DNA of 41,333 nucleotides. Source: a virus (taxonomy: Duplodnaviria > Caudoviricetes). Made by a program: the position numbers and the translations under genes. Position 1 is the first letter of the stretch, and every line of letters starts with the position of its first letter. The notes beneath the pieces are model-generated. The model was not told the DNA's origin and searched no databases. It worked only from the letters and a program-made list of their open reading frames with translations. Shown here one piece after another: positions 15,290-24,910 of the stretch. The stretch spans positions 1 through 41,333 of the IMG/VR virus record IMGVR_UViG_3300032280_000028; one strand, written 5' to 3'.

Positions 15290-16650
15290 TAGAAAGTTAT
15301 GCTCCCGCTTCCAGTCCATCGGTAAATCTTGTATCCACCTGTATTTGTAAATGTGGGTGAACCTGTAGTAGATGTAGCATTAGGATATGTATTTGAATAA
15401 CGAATAATTACTACACCAGAACCACCAGAACCTGGAGAACTTGAACCAGAGCCTCCGCCACCACTACCTGTGTTTCCTGTTCCATTACCTCCGCTACCAG
15501 TCGCTGAACCATTACCACCAATTCCGTGACCACTTCCTTGAGGTTGTCCGTCAAAGCCAGACCCGCCTCCACCAGCAGCATAGTTTGTAGATGTACCACT
15601 TATGCTAGATGTAACAAGGTAGCCACCATTAGGAGGATTCCATTGAGTTGTGTAACTTATTGGTGTACCAGCGCTTCCAGCTCCGCCACCGCCACCACAG
15701 ATCGCTCCACCGCCACCACCAGCGTTTCCTTGTCCAGAAGTTCCTGCGCCAGCAGCACCACTTCTTGTAGCACCACCACCAGAACCACCAGTAGCGCCGT
15801 TGCCATCTACTCCACCAATTCCACCACGACCACCACCAATAGAAGTAATTCCATTAAATACTGAGTTAGCACCATTACTAGCGCCACCGCCACCGCCACC
15901 AACTGTAACTGTGTAAGAAACTCCAGCCGTAACTGCTAATCCCGCTGCTGTTCTATAACCACCCGCACCGCCACCACCAGCAGCGTTTGTTCCGCCGTCA
16001 TAGCCTCCTCCAGCACCGCCAGCAAGAACAAGATATTCAACATTAGGGGTAGAAGGAACAACAGGAGTCACAGAGTTAGAAGCAGCTGAGGCCGTTGAAG
16101 TTCCATTAGCGTTTGTCGCCGTTACTGTAAATGTGTAAGCCGTTCCGTTGGACAATCCTGAAACTGTAATCGGGCTTGATCCTGTTCCGGTAAATGATCC
16201 CGGAGAAGAAGTTGCGGTAAATGTCGTGATTGTAGAACCGCCCGTTGCGCCAGCAGTATAGGTAACTGTCGCAGAAGAGCTTCCAGCAGTAGCAGTACCA
16301 ATAGTGGGCGCTTGAGGAACAGTAGTCGCCGTGATGCTATTTGACGCAGCAGACGAAGCTCCTGTGCCTTGAGCGTTTGTTGCCGTGACAGTAAATGTGT
16401 ATGAAGTAGAAGATTGCAACCCTGTCACAGTCAAAGGAGACGAAGCTCCAGAAGCAGTAAATCCACCCGGGCTAGAAGTTACCGTGTAAGAGGTAATAGG
16501 AGATCGGCCTGTATCGGTAGGAGCGGTAAAAGTGACCGAAGCAGCACCATTATTGTAAGCACGACCCGTACCGACATTGGTAGCAGTACCAATAGTCGGA
16601 GCGCCCGGTGCGTTCTTATCAGAAGAAGCAATCACTCCAAGAATAGGCAT
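15289..16650 (-). CDS. tail/receptor-binding protein with two FN3 domains and a glycine-rich C-terminal domain
   Basis: Start MPILG at 16650; two AP.IGTAT...YTFTVTATNA.G repeats; EYLVLAGGAGGG...GGSGVVIIRY. Confidence 0.8.
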   Translation of the reverse strand: MPILGVIASSDKNAPGAPTIGTATNVGTGRAYNNGAASVTFTAPTDTGRSPITSYTVTSSPGGFTASGASSPLTVTGLQSSTSYTFTVTATNAQGTGASSAASNSITATTVPQAPTIGTATAGSSSATVTYTAGATGGSTITTFTATSSPGSFTGTGSSPITVSGLSNGTAYTFTVTATNANGTSTASAASNSVTPVVPSTPNVEYLVLAGGAGGGYDGGTNAAGGGGAGGYRTAAGLAVTAGVSYTVTVGGGGGGASNGANSVFNGITSIGGGRGGIGGVDGNGATGGSGGGATRSGAAGAGTSGQGNAGGGGGAICGGGGGAGSAGTPISYTTQWNPPNGGYLVTSSISGTSTNYAAGGGGSGFDGQPQGSGHGIGGNGSATGSGGNGTGNTGSGGGGSGSSSPGSGGSGVVIIRYSNTYPNATSTTGSPTFTNTGGYKIYRWTGSGSITF

Positions 16651-17723
16651 TAGGAAATATCTCCTATCACATACCAAGTATCTGTTCCTGTTTTTATACA
16701 AGTAGCAGAGGAGTTAATAACTCGTAATTTAGGAGCGGTAGAGGTAGCGCCAGTAGAAGCGACTGTAACTCCTCCAGCACCTTGGATCGTAATTTGTCCT
16801 GCTCCCGTTTGGATAAGTGTGATTTGAGTTCCAGTTGGGAAAGCAACGGAAGCGTTCGTTGGAATAGTGACAGTTCCCGCAGTCGCTCCATTGGAGGTCA
16901 ATAGTATGTCGCCTTGGTCTGTAAGAACAAGAGTATAAGCATTTGTTGTAAATGTCGGAGTTAATAACGATTGACGAATAACTGCGTCAGCAAAAGTACC
17001 GCCTGTGATTGTTGGGCTAGTTCCAAATACAAGAGATCCGGAACCAGTCTCATCTGTGACTGCTGCTGCTAAGTTTGCGGAAGACGGAGTTCCAAGAAAT
17101 GTAGCTACGCCTGTTCCAAGAGAAGTGATACCAGTACCGCCGTTAGCAACAGGTAGTGTTCCAGTTACGCCACTTGTAAGAGGAAGTCCTGTGGCATTAG
17201 TAAGAGTTCCTGATGTTGGAGTGCCAAGAACAGGAGATACCAAAGTTGGTGAAGTAGAAAGAACATTATTACCTGAACCTGTTGAAGTAGTAACGCCAGT
17301 TCCGCCATTTGCAACAGGTAATGTGCCAGTTACGCCAGTACTTAAAGGCAATCCAGTTGCGTTGGTCAAAAGGCCTGACGCTGGAGTTCCTAGCGCTGGA
17401 GCAGTCATCGTTGGAGAAGTCAAAGTTTTATTTGTAAGAGTTTGAGTGCCAGTTAATGTTGCAACAGTTGAGTCGATAGCGATTGTTCCGGTAGTGGTAA
17501 TTGTGCCACCGCTTAAACCAGTTCCCGCTACGACAGAAGTTACTGTTCCCGTAGCTCCGGTAATAATATATGAAAGCGAGTTCCAAGCGGTTGATCCGTT
17601 GCCAATTTTTGCCTTGTTTGTATCGGTCTCGAAACCCCATTCGCCAGAAGCAAGCGTTGGATTAGCAGCAGTCCATTGAGCAGCGGTTCCTCTGCGAATT
17701 TGTATCTGGGTTACGACCGCCAT
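16650..17723 (-). CDS. tail fibre protein with Mtd/hyaluronidase-type N-terminal domain
   Basis: QIQIRRGTAAQWTAANPTLASGEWGFETDT; two LGTP.SG.LTNATGLPL..GVTGTLPVANGGTG repeats. Confidence 0.8.
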   Translation of the reverse strand: MAVVTQIQIRRGTAAQWTAANPTLASGEWGFETDTNKAKIGNGSTAWNSLSYIITGATGTVTSVVAGTGLSGGTITTTGTIAIDSTVATLTGTQTLTNKTLTSPTMTAPALGTPASGLLTNATGLPLSTGVTGTLPVANGGTGVTTSTGSGNNVLSTSPTLVSPVLGTPTSGTLTNATGLPLTSGVTGTLPVANGGTGITSLGTGVATFLGTPSSANLAAAVTDETGSGSLVFGTSPTITGGTFADAVIRQSLLTPTFTTNAYTLVLTDQGDILLTSNGATAGTVTIPTNASVAFPTGTQITLIQTGAGQITIQGAGGVTVASTGATSTAPKLRVINSSATCIKTGTDTWYVIGDIS

Positions 17724-17980
17724 TATGGAGTACCTCCGTTAAAGAACTGCGTTGCCGTGTCATTGTACTGGCCATTGTTATATGGTGCAATACTATCAAA
17801 TTGTCCGGCATCTATCGCACTCTCGGCAGGAGCATTGACAACCTGTACCCAAGACAATCCGTTATAGACCATTAAGCCGTATGTCGTATTGTAATAAAGA
17901 TCTCCTGCTCGCAAAGTAGGGGTGTTGATGTCCGTACTTGATACAGGAACATTAGTCGGAGTTAGGGCTAGACGACTCAC
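17723..17980 (-). CDS. small tail-associated protein (85 aa)
   Basis: GDLYYNT...VYNGLSW motif; coupled to neighbours. Confidence 0.7.
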   Translation of the reverse strand: MSRLALTPTNVPVSSTDINTPTLRAGDLYYNTTYGLMVYNGLSWVQVVNAPAESAIDAGQFDSIAPYNNGQYNDTATQFFNGGTP

Positions 17981-18792
17981 GCTATGTCGCCCATTATGAG
18001 CCAGTTATTAGTGCTTGTTTGTACGGCAGTAGCAGTCGAGTAAGTAGCTCGTAAAGTTGGAGTTGCAGCGGTAGCGCCCGTGGAGACTATGGTGACTCCG
18101 GCCGATCCAGAGATAGTGACTGATCCTGCGCCGTATCGAGCAAAGTTTAATTGCGTTCCTATTGGATAGGCTACCGAGGAGTTCAAAGGAATAGTTACGG
18201 CGATAGAGCTTCCGTTGTTTAAAGTGACCAATGTATTTATGTCTGAATAAACAGTAGTGTAAGTAGTTCCTGTTTGTGCGTTAATGCCAACAGGCGACAG
18301 ATTTGTAGTTGCCAAGACTCGTGTATCTGTAATATTTCCTGAGTTAATTGAAGTTACACCAGCACCCACAGAAATAGTAGCCAGAGAAATAGAGTTGGCC
18401 GGCAAAGAAGGTGCCACCGGAGAACCAGCTGGAGTTCCTGCGATTACTTGAAATACGACATTGTTAGTAGATCCTGAGTAATAAGAGTCATTGATTGTTA
18501 AGCAAACTAGATCTATACGAGGATTAGTCGGGTTTGAAGTAGTGATCGTAAGCAATACAGAAGCATCGTTATAGGCCATATAAGTTCCCATATCCGCTTG
18601 AGTAGTTCCTACTATTGCAGCCCAGCCGTCAGCAACATAAACATTCATAGCAGCAGGAGAATTAGCAGTTACTTTAAGAGAAGGAGAAGCGACAATTCCC
18701 GTGGTATTGAAGATTGCCTGAGTAGTCAGGCGATCGTTCTCAGCCGGGTGAGAGGCATTTTGTAACCAACTCGGAGGTGTGTGCAGAGTCAT
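17977..18792 (-). CDS. minor tail protein (baseplate/fibre anchor)
   Basis: NPTNPRIDLV...GTPAGSPVAPSLP...ITDTR N-domain; C-domain paralogous to that of 16650..17723. Confidence 0.75.
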   Translation of the reverse strand: MTLHTPPSWLQNASHPAENDRLTTQAIFNTTGIVASPSLKVTANSPAAMNVYVADGWAAIVGTTQADMGTYMAYNDASVLLTITTSNPTNPRIDLVCLTINDSYYSGSTNNVVFQVIAGTPAGSPVAPSLPANSISLATISVGAGVTSINSGNITDTRVLATTNLSPVGINAQTGTTYTTVYSDINTLVTLNNGSSIAVTIPLNSSVAYPIGTQLNFARYGAGSVTISGSAGVTIVSTGATAATPTLRATYSTATAVQTSTNNWLIMGDIA

Positions 18793-18799
18793 TTTTCTC

Positions 18800-19672
18800 C
18801 TATATGTATGCTGATTGGAACTCTATTGTAGCGACAGTTTGATCTATTACCGTAGAACCGGCATTTCCTTGAAGAGTAAATATTGAGTTTCCCGGAGGAG
18901 CTGCAAACCAAACTCCGGAGGTTAATAGATTACGAGCAGATACGCCGTTTAGCGTGACCAATTTATTGTAAAGATCGACAACCAGAACATCAGCACCGGT
19001 CATGGCTTTGGTGAAATAAAGATACTCGTTAGTAGTCTGATTTCCTAAGATTGGATTCGTGATTGGGCCGTTCAAGGTTATGACCGGGTAGGTAGTAGCC
19101 CACCCGTTGTTAGAGACTGTGGTGGTCTTGACCAAAGTAGCCGGATCATAGACCAGATTGTATGTGCGGTTATAGACACGCCCAGTAGGAGCAAAATAAC
19201 CCAAAATAGCCGTCTGAGTATTGGAGTTGAAATAAGTGGGATTAGGGCAAAAGAATTCGACTCGAGTGACAATATACCCGTAAGTGTAATTAGGATCGAT
19301 AGTGGTTTGGAAGGCACGAACTCGAGCGTTAATTACTTGCGTAATGTCTCCAAGAGATCCCGGAAGATAGAAATAAAGAGGAGTTGTTCCGGATTGCTGA
19401 GGCAGCAGCGCCCTTTGAAGGGTTTGGAGATTGACCTGAGCGGAGTTATCGTCTGACCCCAGAACTAGCATAATAATTGAGATAGTACGGCCGGCATAAA
19501 AGTCTCTACCGGAGAACATTCCGTCAGCGTAACCTCTGTTATCGTCTTGATTACGGATTGGAGGCACTCCCTCAAGGCCATCTACCGATTGGATTTGATA
19601 GGGAGATCCAGCGCCACCAAAGACTTGATCGTTGAAAGAGAACGAATACTGAGCGGTGAGCGTCAAAGTCAT
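18800..19672 (-). CDS. distal tail protein (Dit-like)
   Basis: Directly after the TMP; GRD.YAGRTI, F.CPNP.Y, P.ITLNGP..NP, PPG.S motifs. Confidence 0.8.
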   Translation of the reverse strand: MTLTLTAQYSFSFNDQVFGGAGSPYQIQSVDGLEGVPPIRNQDDNRGYADGMFSGRDFYAGRTISIIMLVLGSDDNSAQVNLQTLQRALLPQQSGTTPLYFYLPGSLGDITQVINARVRAFQTTIDPNYTYGYIVTRVEFFCPNPTYFNSNTQTAILGYFAPTGRVYNRTYNLVYDPATLVKTTTVSNNGWATTYPVITLNGPITNPILGNQTTNEYLYFTKAMTGADVLVVDLYNKLVTLNGVSARNLLTSGVWFAAPPGNSIFTLQGNAGSTVIDQTVATIEFQSAYI

Positions 19673-22614
19673 TATAGATATCCACCATTTCTTTGTTTTG
19701 CAGCATTGACCGCATCCATAGAACTCATTGCTACTGGCTTAACTAGGGTATTCACAGTAGATCCATATTTAAGTTGATTAGATACTGTTGCTCCGGTTTG
19801 TGCCGGGCTAGTTAAATTGTAACCCGTGATACTTATAGTAGTCGAACCAGCCACAGGGCCGATAAAGCCCGGATCTCCCGGCTTGAGAGTTGCAGCATAT
19901 CCGCCCGGAATAGTCGTGAATTTAGGAGCGTTAGCGAGCGCCTTAGCAGCATCGTTCTTTGCTCCTAGTTCTAGCATAAGTGCAGCGACCTCAACGAGCT
20001 TCTCTTTTAGTTCTGCCATTTTCTTTTGCGTGTCTTTATTGATCTTGTCGATAGCCTCGCCGTAAGACTTTTGAGTTTCCGCGAGCGACTCAGCCAAAGT
20101 CTTTGACGCTTCTGCCAATCCTTCGTCTAGTTGCTTTTTCGCGTCTGCCCTAGATCGAGTCAATGTCTCCAATGCGTCAGCGAGGGTCTCATCTAATCTC
20201 GCTTTTGCGTCTGCGATACGCTCCATACTAGAAGCTTGAGCATCGGCCAAAGCATCTCGGTAATCTGAGTGTGCTTGTTCGAAGCCTTTGTTAAGTTCTA
20301 TATTCACTTCCGCAAGAGAGTCTTTGAGATCTGTAGCAACTTTCTTGTATTCGTCCATCAATTCTTGAGTGGCTAGTTTGCCACCCTTGTTCATTGTCTC
20401 GGCCAGTTTGTCCATTCCCGTATTGGATAAAGTCTCTACTTCTGCATACAGGGATTGGAGTTTCTCGGTAGCCTCGGGCGTAGATTTCTTGAGAGCTTCT
20501 GCGATCTTGTTGCCAAGGCGTGGGCCGTTTTTGACTACCTGTTCAATAAATGTTTGTGAGTAACCCATACCCGCCAAGGCAGCAGCGTTTTCCTGCAATC
20601 TTTTAGCGCCGTTAAGAGTCTCCTCCAATTTCTTAATCATATTCTTAGGGCTTGAACCCTTAACAAAATTGTCCATATTTAAAGCAGAGTCGAAAGCGCT
20701 ACGCAAACGATCCATAGATTTCTGAATGATAGAGACTTGCTTCTCAGAGGCAGCCTTATTTAGATCAGCAGTTTTCTCAAGCGCTTTTGCTCGAAGATCT
20801 GTTAATTTGTCTTGTAACTTTTCTTCTATATCTGCTACTTTACTTGCGTAATCTTTCGCGTTATCGGCCAACGATTTAGCGTAAGTCTTTCGAGCGTCTC
20901 TTTCAGTATCGTCATATTTAAGTTGAGCGCTTGCCATTGACTCTGAGAAACGCTTATTAAGATCGGCTACTGTTTCTGAATAACGCTTGTTAGCCTCAAA
21001 GATAGACTCATCACGATCTTTTTGAGCAGCCAAGACATCATCATTGGCTTCTGCAATAGTCTCGTTCATATCTTTGTAGATACCTACGACATCTTTTTTG
21101 TATCCCTTAAGATCTTCAAGGCGTTTCTTTTCTTCCTCAGATAAACCGCCACCGCCTCCTCCGCCACCGCCTCCTCCGCCTTTGGTCGCTTCTTTAACTT
21201 CTTTTCCTGCTTTTGTTGCGCTCTTTCGCAAAGTTTCTAATTTATCGGAGAGTTCAGTTGCCTTCTTGGCTGCGCCGTCAGCAAAATCAGATACCCCGTC
21301 TAAGCCGTTGTTTATGAAGTCTAGAGCTGACTTTGCATATTTACCTACTCCGGGAAGTTTGGACAATAATGTTAAGAACCCTCGCAACGGCCCGGTGACT
21401 ACTTTAAGAACTGCCTCAGCCACTTTGCCAATTATAGGAATGATCGAAGCGAAAGCCTTTAAAGCACCTTGTGCTACTGTAATTACTACATTTCTAAATG
21501 TTTCAGATTTCTTCCAAGCGAGAACCAATCCTGCTGCGACAAGAGCAATAGCGGTGACGATCATTCCTATTGGGTTGGCTCTCATAGCAGCGTTCAATGC
21601 CAGCATAGAAGCAGCAAGGCCATTGGTAGAGGCGATGCTTGCTAATTGACCGCCTCTCATAAGAACAGTCGCAACGGCATAAACTTTTTGAGCAGTAGCA
21701 GTCAAAATGACCATACCGCGATAAACCTTCATAGCAACATAAGCGCCTGTTAGAGCTACTGCGAAAGTAATAATGACATCTTTATTATCTGATAAAAATT
21801 TGCCTAATCTTCTTATAGCAGGAACAAACTGCTCGGTAATAAATCTGCTGACCGCTTCTACCGCCGGCAATAACGCTTTACCTATGTCGCCTTGTAATTT
21901 ATTTAGATCTGCTCTTGCTGCTGCGATTGGGTTTGTATCGCGCAAATTCTCATTAAAGCCTTTGTAAGTAGAGTCCAATACCTTTACGATTGCTGCTGCT
22001 CTTTCGCTCTCCGTTCCGCTAGAGATCAATTTCTTAGTTTGCTCGTCCAGAACAAATCCCACTCGAGTAAGAGATCCAAAGTTTCCGTTAAGCGCTTGCG
22101 CTAAGCCGTTGGTCATTTGCTTAAAGTCGTCAGAACTTGCAGCAGCGCCTTTTTCTGCGGTGACATAATCTAAGATCGCCGGAGTCAATGTTTTGATCGT
22201 GTCGCCTGTAAGATCAAAAGTTGCTAATTGTGATTGCGCTACTACAATATTGTCAGCGCTGACTACGCCGACCTTCTCGAGCGCGTCTGCTTGGGCTAAG
22301 AGACTATCTACAAAGTCGTTCGTAGCTCCGCCCGTAGTAATAAGGATCGTACGCAATCTATCTTGTGCTGCTGCTGCTGCGGTTGCATCGACTACCGAGG
22401 CTTTGAGGAAATTAAGTACGGCAGCAGCACCAAAGGTCACGCCTAAAGTAGCACCGACTTGCTTGAGTTTGCCCATATAGTTCGTCATAGTGCTTTCAGA
22501 TTGCTTAACGCTATCGTTTAAGCCTTTAAGAGAAGCTTGTGCTTGCGCTAATCCGTTTTTAAGTGACGCTACATCTGCCTGAATGGATACGAGGATTGGC
22601 TCTGTCGTTGCCAT
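19672..22614 (-). CDS. tape measure protein (980 aa)
   Basis: Long Ala/Lys-rich helical protein with ANPIG.IV.AI hydrophobic region, canonical position. Confidence 0.92.
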   Translation of the reverse strand: MATTEPILVSIQADVASLKNGLAQAQASLKGLNDSVKQSESTMTNYMGKLKQVGATLGVTFGAAAVLNFLKASVVDATAAAAAQDRLRTILITTGGATNDFVDSLLAQADALEKVGVVSADNIVVAQSQLATFDLTGDTIKTLTPAILDYVTAEKGAAASSDDFKQMTNGLAQALNGNFGSLTRVGFVLDEQTKKLISSGTESERAAAIVKVLDSTYKGFNENLRDTNPIAAARADLNKLQGDIGKALLPAVEAVSRFITEQFVPAIRRLGKFLSDNKDVIITFAVALTGAYVAMKVYRGMVILTATAQKVYAVATVLMRGGQLASIASTNGLAASMLALNAAMRANPIGMIVTAIALVAAGLVLAWKKSETFRNVVITVAQGALKAFASIIPIIGKVAEAVLKVVTGPLRGFLTLLSKLPGVGKYAKSALDFINNGLDGVSDFADGAAKKATELSDKLETLRKSATKAGKEVKEATKGGGGGGGGGGGGLSEEEKKRLEDLKGYKKDVVGIYKDMNETIAEANDDVLAAQKDRDESIFEANKRYSETVADLNKRFSESMASAQLKYDDTERDARKTYAKSLADNAKDYASKVADIEEKLQDKLTDLRAKALEKTADLNKAASEKQVSIIQKSMDRLRSAFDSALNMDNFVKGSSPKNMIKKLEETLNGAKRLQENAAALAGMGYSQTFIEQVVKNGPRLGNKIAEALKKSTPEATEKLQSLYAEVETLSNTGMDKLAETMNKGGKLATQELMDEYKKVATDLKDSLAEVNIELNKGFEQAHSDYRDALADAQASSMERIADAKARLDETLADALETLTRSRADAKKQLDEGLAEASKTLAESLAETQKSYGEAIDKINKDTQKKMAELKEKLVEVAALMLELGAKNDAAKALANAPKFTTIPGGYAATLKPGDPGFIGPVAGSTTISITGYNLTSPAQTGATVSNQLKYGSTVNTLVKPVAMSSMDAVNAAKQRNGGYL

Positions 22615-22617
22615 TGA

Positions 22618-23070
22618 TTACCCCTTTATCACTTGATTGAAGCGCTGAATAAATATCTTTTGAAGCTCTCCGCTTTGGATAAGTTTATCTGCTGCTGGCG
22701 TTAAATAAGGGTACTTTACGCCTGACTTCCAAATTGGAGATCCTAGTTCTACGGCGCGAGCATAAACGACAGTTGGGCCAACATCAGCAATATAAGTTCC
22801 AAATCCATATCGAACTCGCGTAGAGATAGATCTTTTAAGAGCGCCGGTAATAACATTTGGGCCAGATCCACTAGGGCCAATGTGCTTTGGCGGATCTATT
22901 TTGTTTCCTACTCTTGTTCGAGATCCGTTGTTAGCGTTGATTTTGGCATCGCGCTCGACTCTCAAACCGGCCATTGCCACTCCAAGTTGTGCAGCCTTAT
23001 CTAAGTCAGACTCAAGTTTGTCGAGAGAGGCCAGAGCTTCTTGAAGATTACGAACAATGATTGCTCCCAT
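22618..23070 (-). CDS. HK97 gp10-like tail completion protein
   Basis: TGALKRSI, VGPTVVYARAVELG, YPYLTPA. Confidence 0.8.
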   Translation of the reverse strand: MGAIIVRNLQEALASLDKLESDLDKAAQLGVAMAGLRVERDAKINANNGSRTRVGNKIDPPKHIGPSGSGPNVITGALKRSISTRVRYGFGTYIADVGPTVVYARAVELGSPIWKSGVKYPYLTPAADKLIQSGELQKIFIQRFNQVIKG

Positions 23071-23297
23071 TATTCTTGCATCCTCTCAGCCTTGATCTCC
23101 TCGACTGTTCCTGCTATTGCGAGTAGCCAATCAGCCGTAACCGGATTGAGATTATCAACCTCATCAGGCGTATATCCGAACCTATCTGCCATTTGATAGT
23201 AAATCCAATACTCATCAGGATACTGGAAGTCATCGTGTCTTTGCCCGCCTTTAAGCAGCCATTTAAGCCGTTCTAATTGGCGGTAGGCGCTTTTGGG
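23070..23297 (-). CDS. tail assembly chaperone extension (gpGT-like) reached by -1 frameshift
   Basis: Slippery C CCA AAA at 23297-23291; -1 frame SAYRQLERLKWLL...MADRFGYTPDEVDNL...MQE ends at 23070. Confidence 0.75.
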   Translation of the reverse strand, partial: PKSAYRQLERLKWLLKGGQRHDDFQYPDEYWIYYQMADRFGYTPDEVDNLNPVTADWLLAIAGTVEEIKAERMQE

Positions 23298-23617
23298 TCT
23301 GCCTCATTCGCAGGAGTATCAGACAAAGAAGGGAACAAAGAGTTTTGTGCGCCTTTGGTTGCTTCTGTTAGCGCGTCATAATCAGCCATAGATAATTCGT
23401 CTAATGACTCAAGGCGTACTGACGGAAGAATGAGATCAAACGACCACTCCTCAATCATCATTGCAATAAGAGCATCGCCAAGAGCCATAGCTTTGGACAA
23501 ATCGCCTTCTTGATTGTCGGTTGCTTTGATTACTCTTTTACGATCTCCGACTTTAAGAGTAGAAGTGTCTTTAAGAGTTACTGTATTGCCTGACGGCAGT
23601 TTAATTGTGTTTGCCAT
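23273..23617 (-). CDS. tail assembly chaperone (gpG-like)
   Basis: Acidic 114-aa protein after the tail tube, ending ...DPK at the slippery site. Confidence 0.8.
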   Translation of the reverse strand: MANTIKLPSGNTVTLKDTSTLKVGDRKRVIKATDNQEGDLSKAMALGDALIAMMIEEWSFDLILPSVRLESLDELSMADYDALTEATKGAQNSLFPSLSDTPANEADPKAPTAN

Positions 23618-23635
23618 TGGTGCCTCCGGTTAGTT

Positions 23636-23715
23636 TGCCTTCCTAGAATAATAGCAGGGAGTAGGGGCGCGGGATAGCGGGAAGGCAGTCGCTATCAACC
23701 TGACCGCCCCTACTC
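23636..23715 (-). ncRNA. candidate structured intergenic RNA element
   Basis: Perfect 11-bp outer stem (23659-23669/23705-23715), 7-bp inner stem (23673-23679/23690-23696), loop complementary to 23636-23643. Confidence 0.5.
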
Positions 23716-23725
23716 TTGGAACTAT

Positions 23726-24712
23726 TTATGCATAGACGCTTGCTGCAAATGCGTTCTGTAGAACCCACTTGATCGGAGCAAAGCCAGCGGTAGATCCTGC
23801 GTCAGCGGTCGTAGCCTGAGCGTTGATATCTACCATAATCTGTACGAAATCTGAACCACGATCAATAACGGCAGTTGTGTAAGCGCCCTTAGAGATAGTA
23901 GCTTGAAGTTGTACCAATGACGCTCCTGTGCCATAAGACCAGTTCAGCACAATCGCTGGCTGAGTGTTATTAAGGAAGCGAGTCAATTCAGTATCGTTCT
24001 CCATTACAAAAGTGAATTTACCTGATGTATCAAGAGCGCCAGTAAAAATTTGGTAAGGATTTTGTGTATTACCAATTCCGTAGATTGGAGTTACTGGGCG
24101 TGTGACATCAATATTTCCGCTTACTGAGTTGGAGACAGTAGCTCCGCCAATAGAGACTGTACCGCGCCATACCGGAGTAGGAAGAATTGTTGAGAAGGAA
24201 GGAGTTGGAGTTGCTACTGTTGAAGAAGCCCAACCTGTTCCCTTCGCGTCATATTCCAGCATTCCGTCAGCGTTGAACTTAAGTGAGAAATCGTGGAACT
24301 GAATTCCCGGATAAGAGCGAACATTTGCGGCATAGAAGTCTGTCAATGTATATGAGATCGGCTGAGAGTCAGCTGCGACCGCAGAGGCGTTGAGCAAAGA
24401 GATCGTGTGAGTGTATGGAGCGCTCGCGCCTGTAGTAGCAACAGATCCCATAATACCCGCGATTGGAAAACCAATTGTGTCAGGGAATACAGATCCGCCA
24501 AAATCAAAAGTCGAGCGAGTGCGACCTTGTAGATAGGCATAGTTTGTTGCCATAGATCCACGAAGTCCTGTGTCGTAAAGTGGATCTACGATATCGACAG
24601 GCTTGAGGTTATTTTGCATTACTGGAATAAAGTGTGTTGGCGCTACAACAGTTCCTTTGGTTGCTTCTTTAGCAATACCTAAATAACTGCGTACGGAATT
24701 TTGAACTGTCAT
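23726..24712 (-). CDS. major tail (tube) protein
   Basis: SYLGIAKEATKGT N-terminus, beta-rich, precedes the chaperones. Confidence 0.85.
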   Translation of the reverse strand: MTVQNSVRSYLGIAKEATKGTVVAPTHFIPVMQNNLKPVDIVDPLYDTGLRGSMATNYAYLQGRTRSTFDFGGSVFPDTIGFPIAGIMGSVATTGASAPYTHTISLLNASAVAADSQPISYTLTDFYAANVRSYPGIQFHDFSLKFNADGMLEYDAKGTGWASSTVATPTPSFSTILPTPVWRGTVSIGGATVSNSVSGNIDVTRPVTPIYGIGNTQNPYQIFTGALDTSGKFTFVMENDTELTRFLNNTQPAIVLNWSYGTGASLVQLQATISKGAYTTAVIDRGSDFVQIMVDINAQATTADAGSTAGFAPIKWVLQNAFAASVYA

Positions 24713-24716
24713 TTAA

Positions 24717-24902
24717 TCACTCTCCTACTTTCAGGTCAGACGGGGCTGACGACTTGGGTGCTTCTACTGGTTTGGTTGTTGCCCCAGAAGTAACATCTTG
24801 TGCAGAGAAGTCTGCTGGTGCGTCAAACTCTTCTCCCGGCTGAACTGTGATCCCGAGCGTAGGGAACACGCGCTCATCTGTTCCTGTGTATTTGTATTTC
24901 AT
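24717..24902 (-). CDS. small virion-module protein (61 aa)
   Basis: AAGGAG RBS; between the tail terminator and tube genes. Confidence 0.7.
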   Translation of the reverse strand: MKYKYTGTDERVFPTLGITVQPGEEFDAPADFSAQDVTSGATTKPVEAPKSSAPSDLKVGE

Positions 24903-24910
24903 ATTGCTCC

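Noticed and set aside
16650-17723. Mtd-like N-terminus suggesting a diversity-generating retroelement
   Set aside because: No reverse transcriptase and no TR/VR pair differing at adenines; the internal repeats are diverged protein-level repeats.
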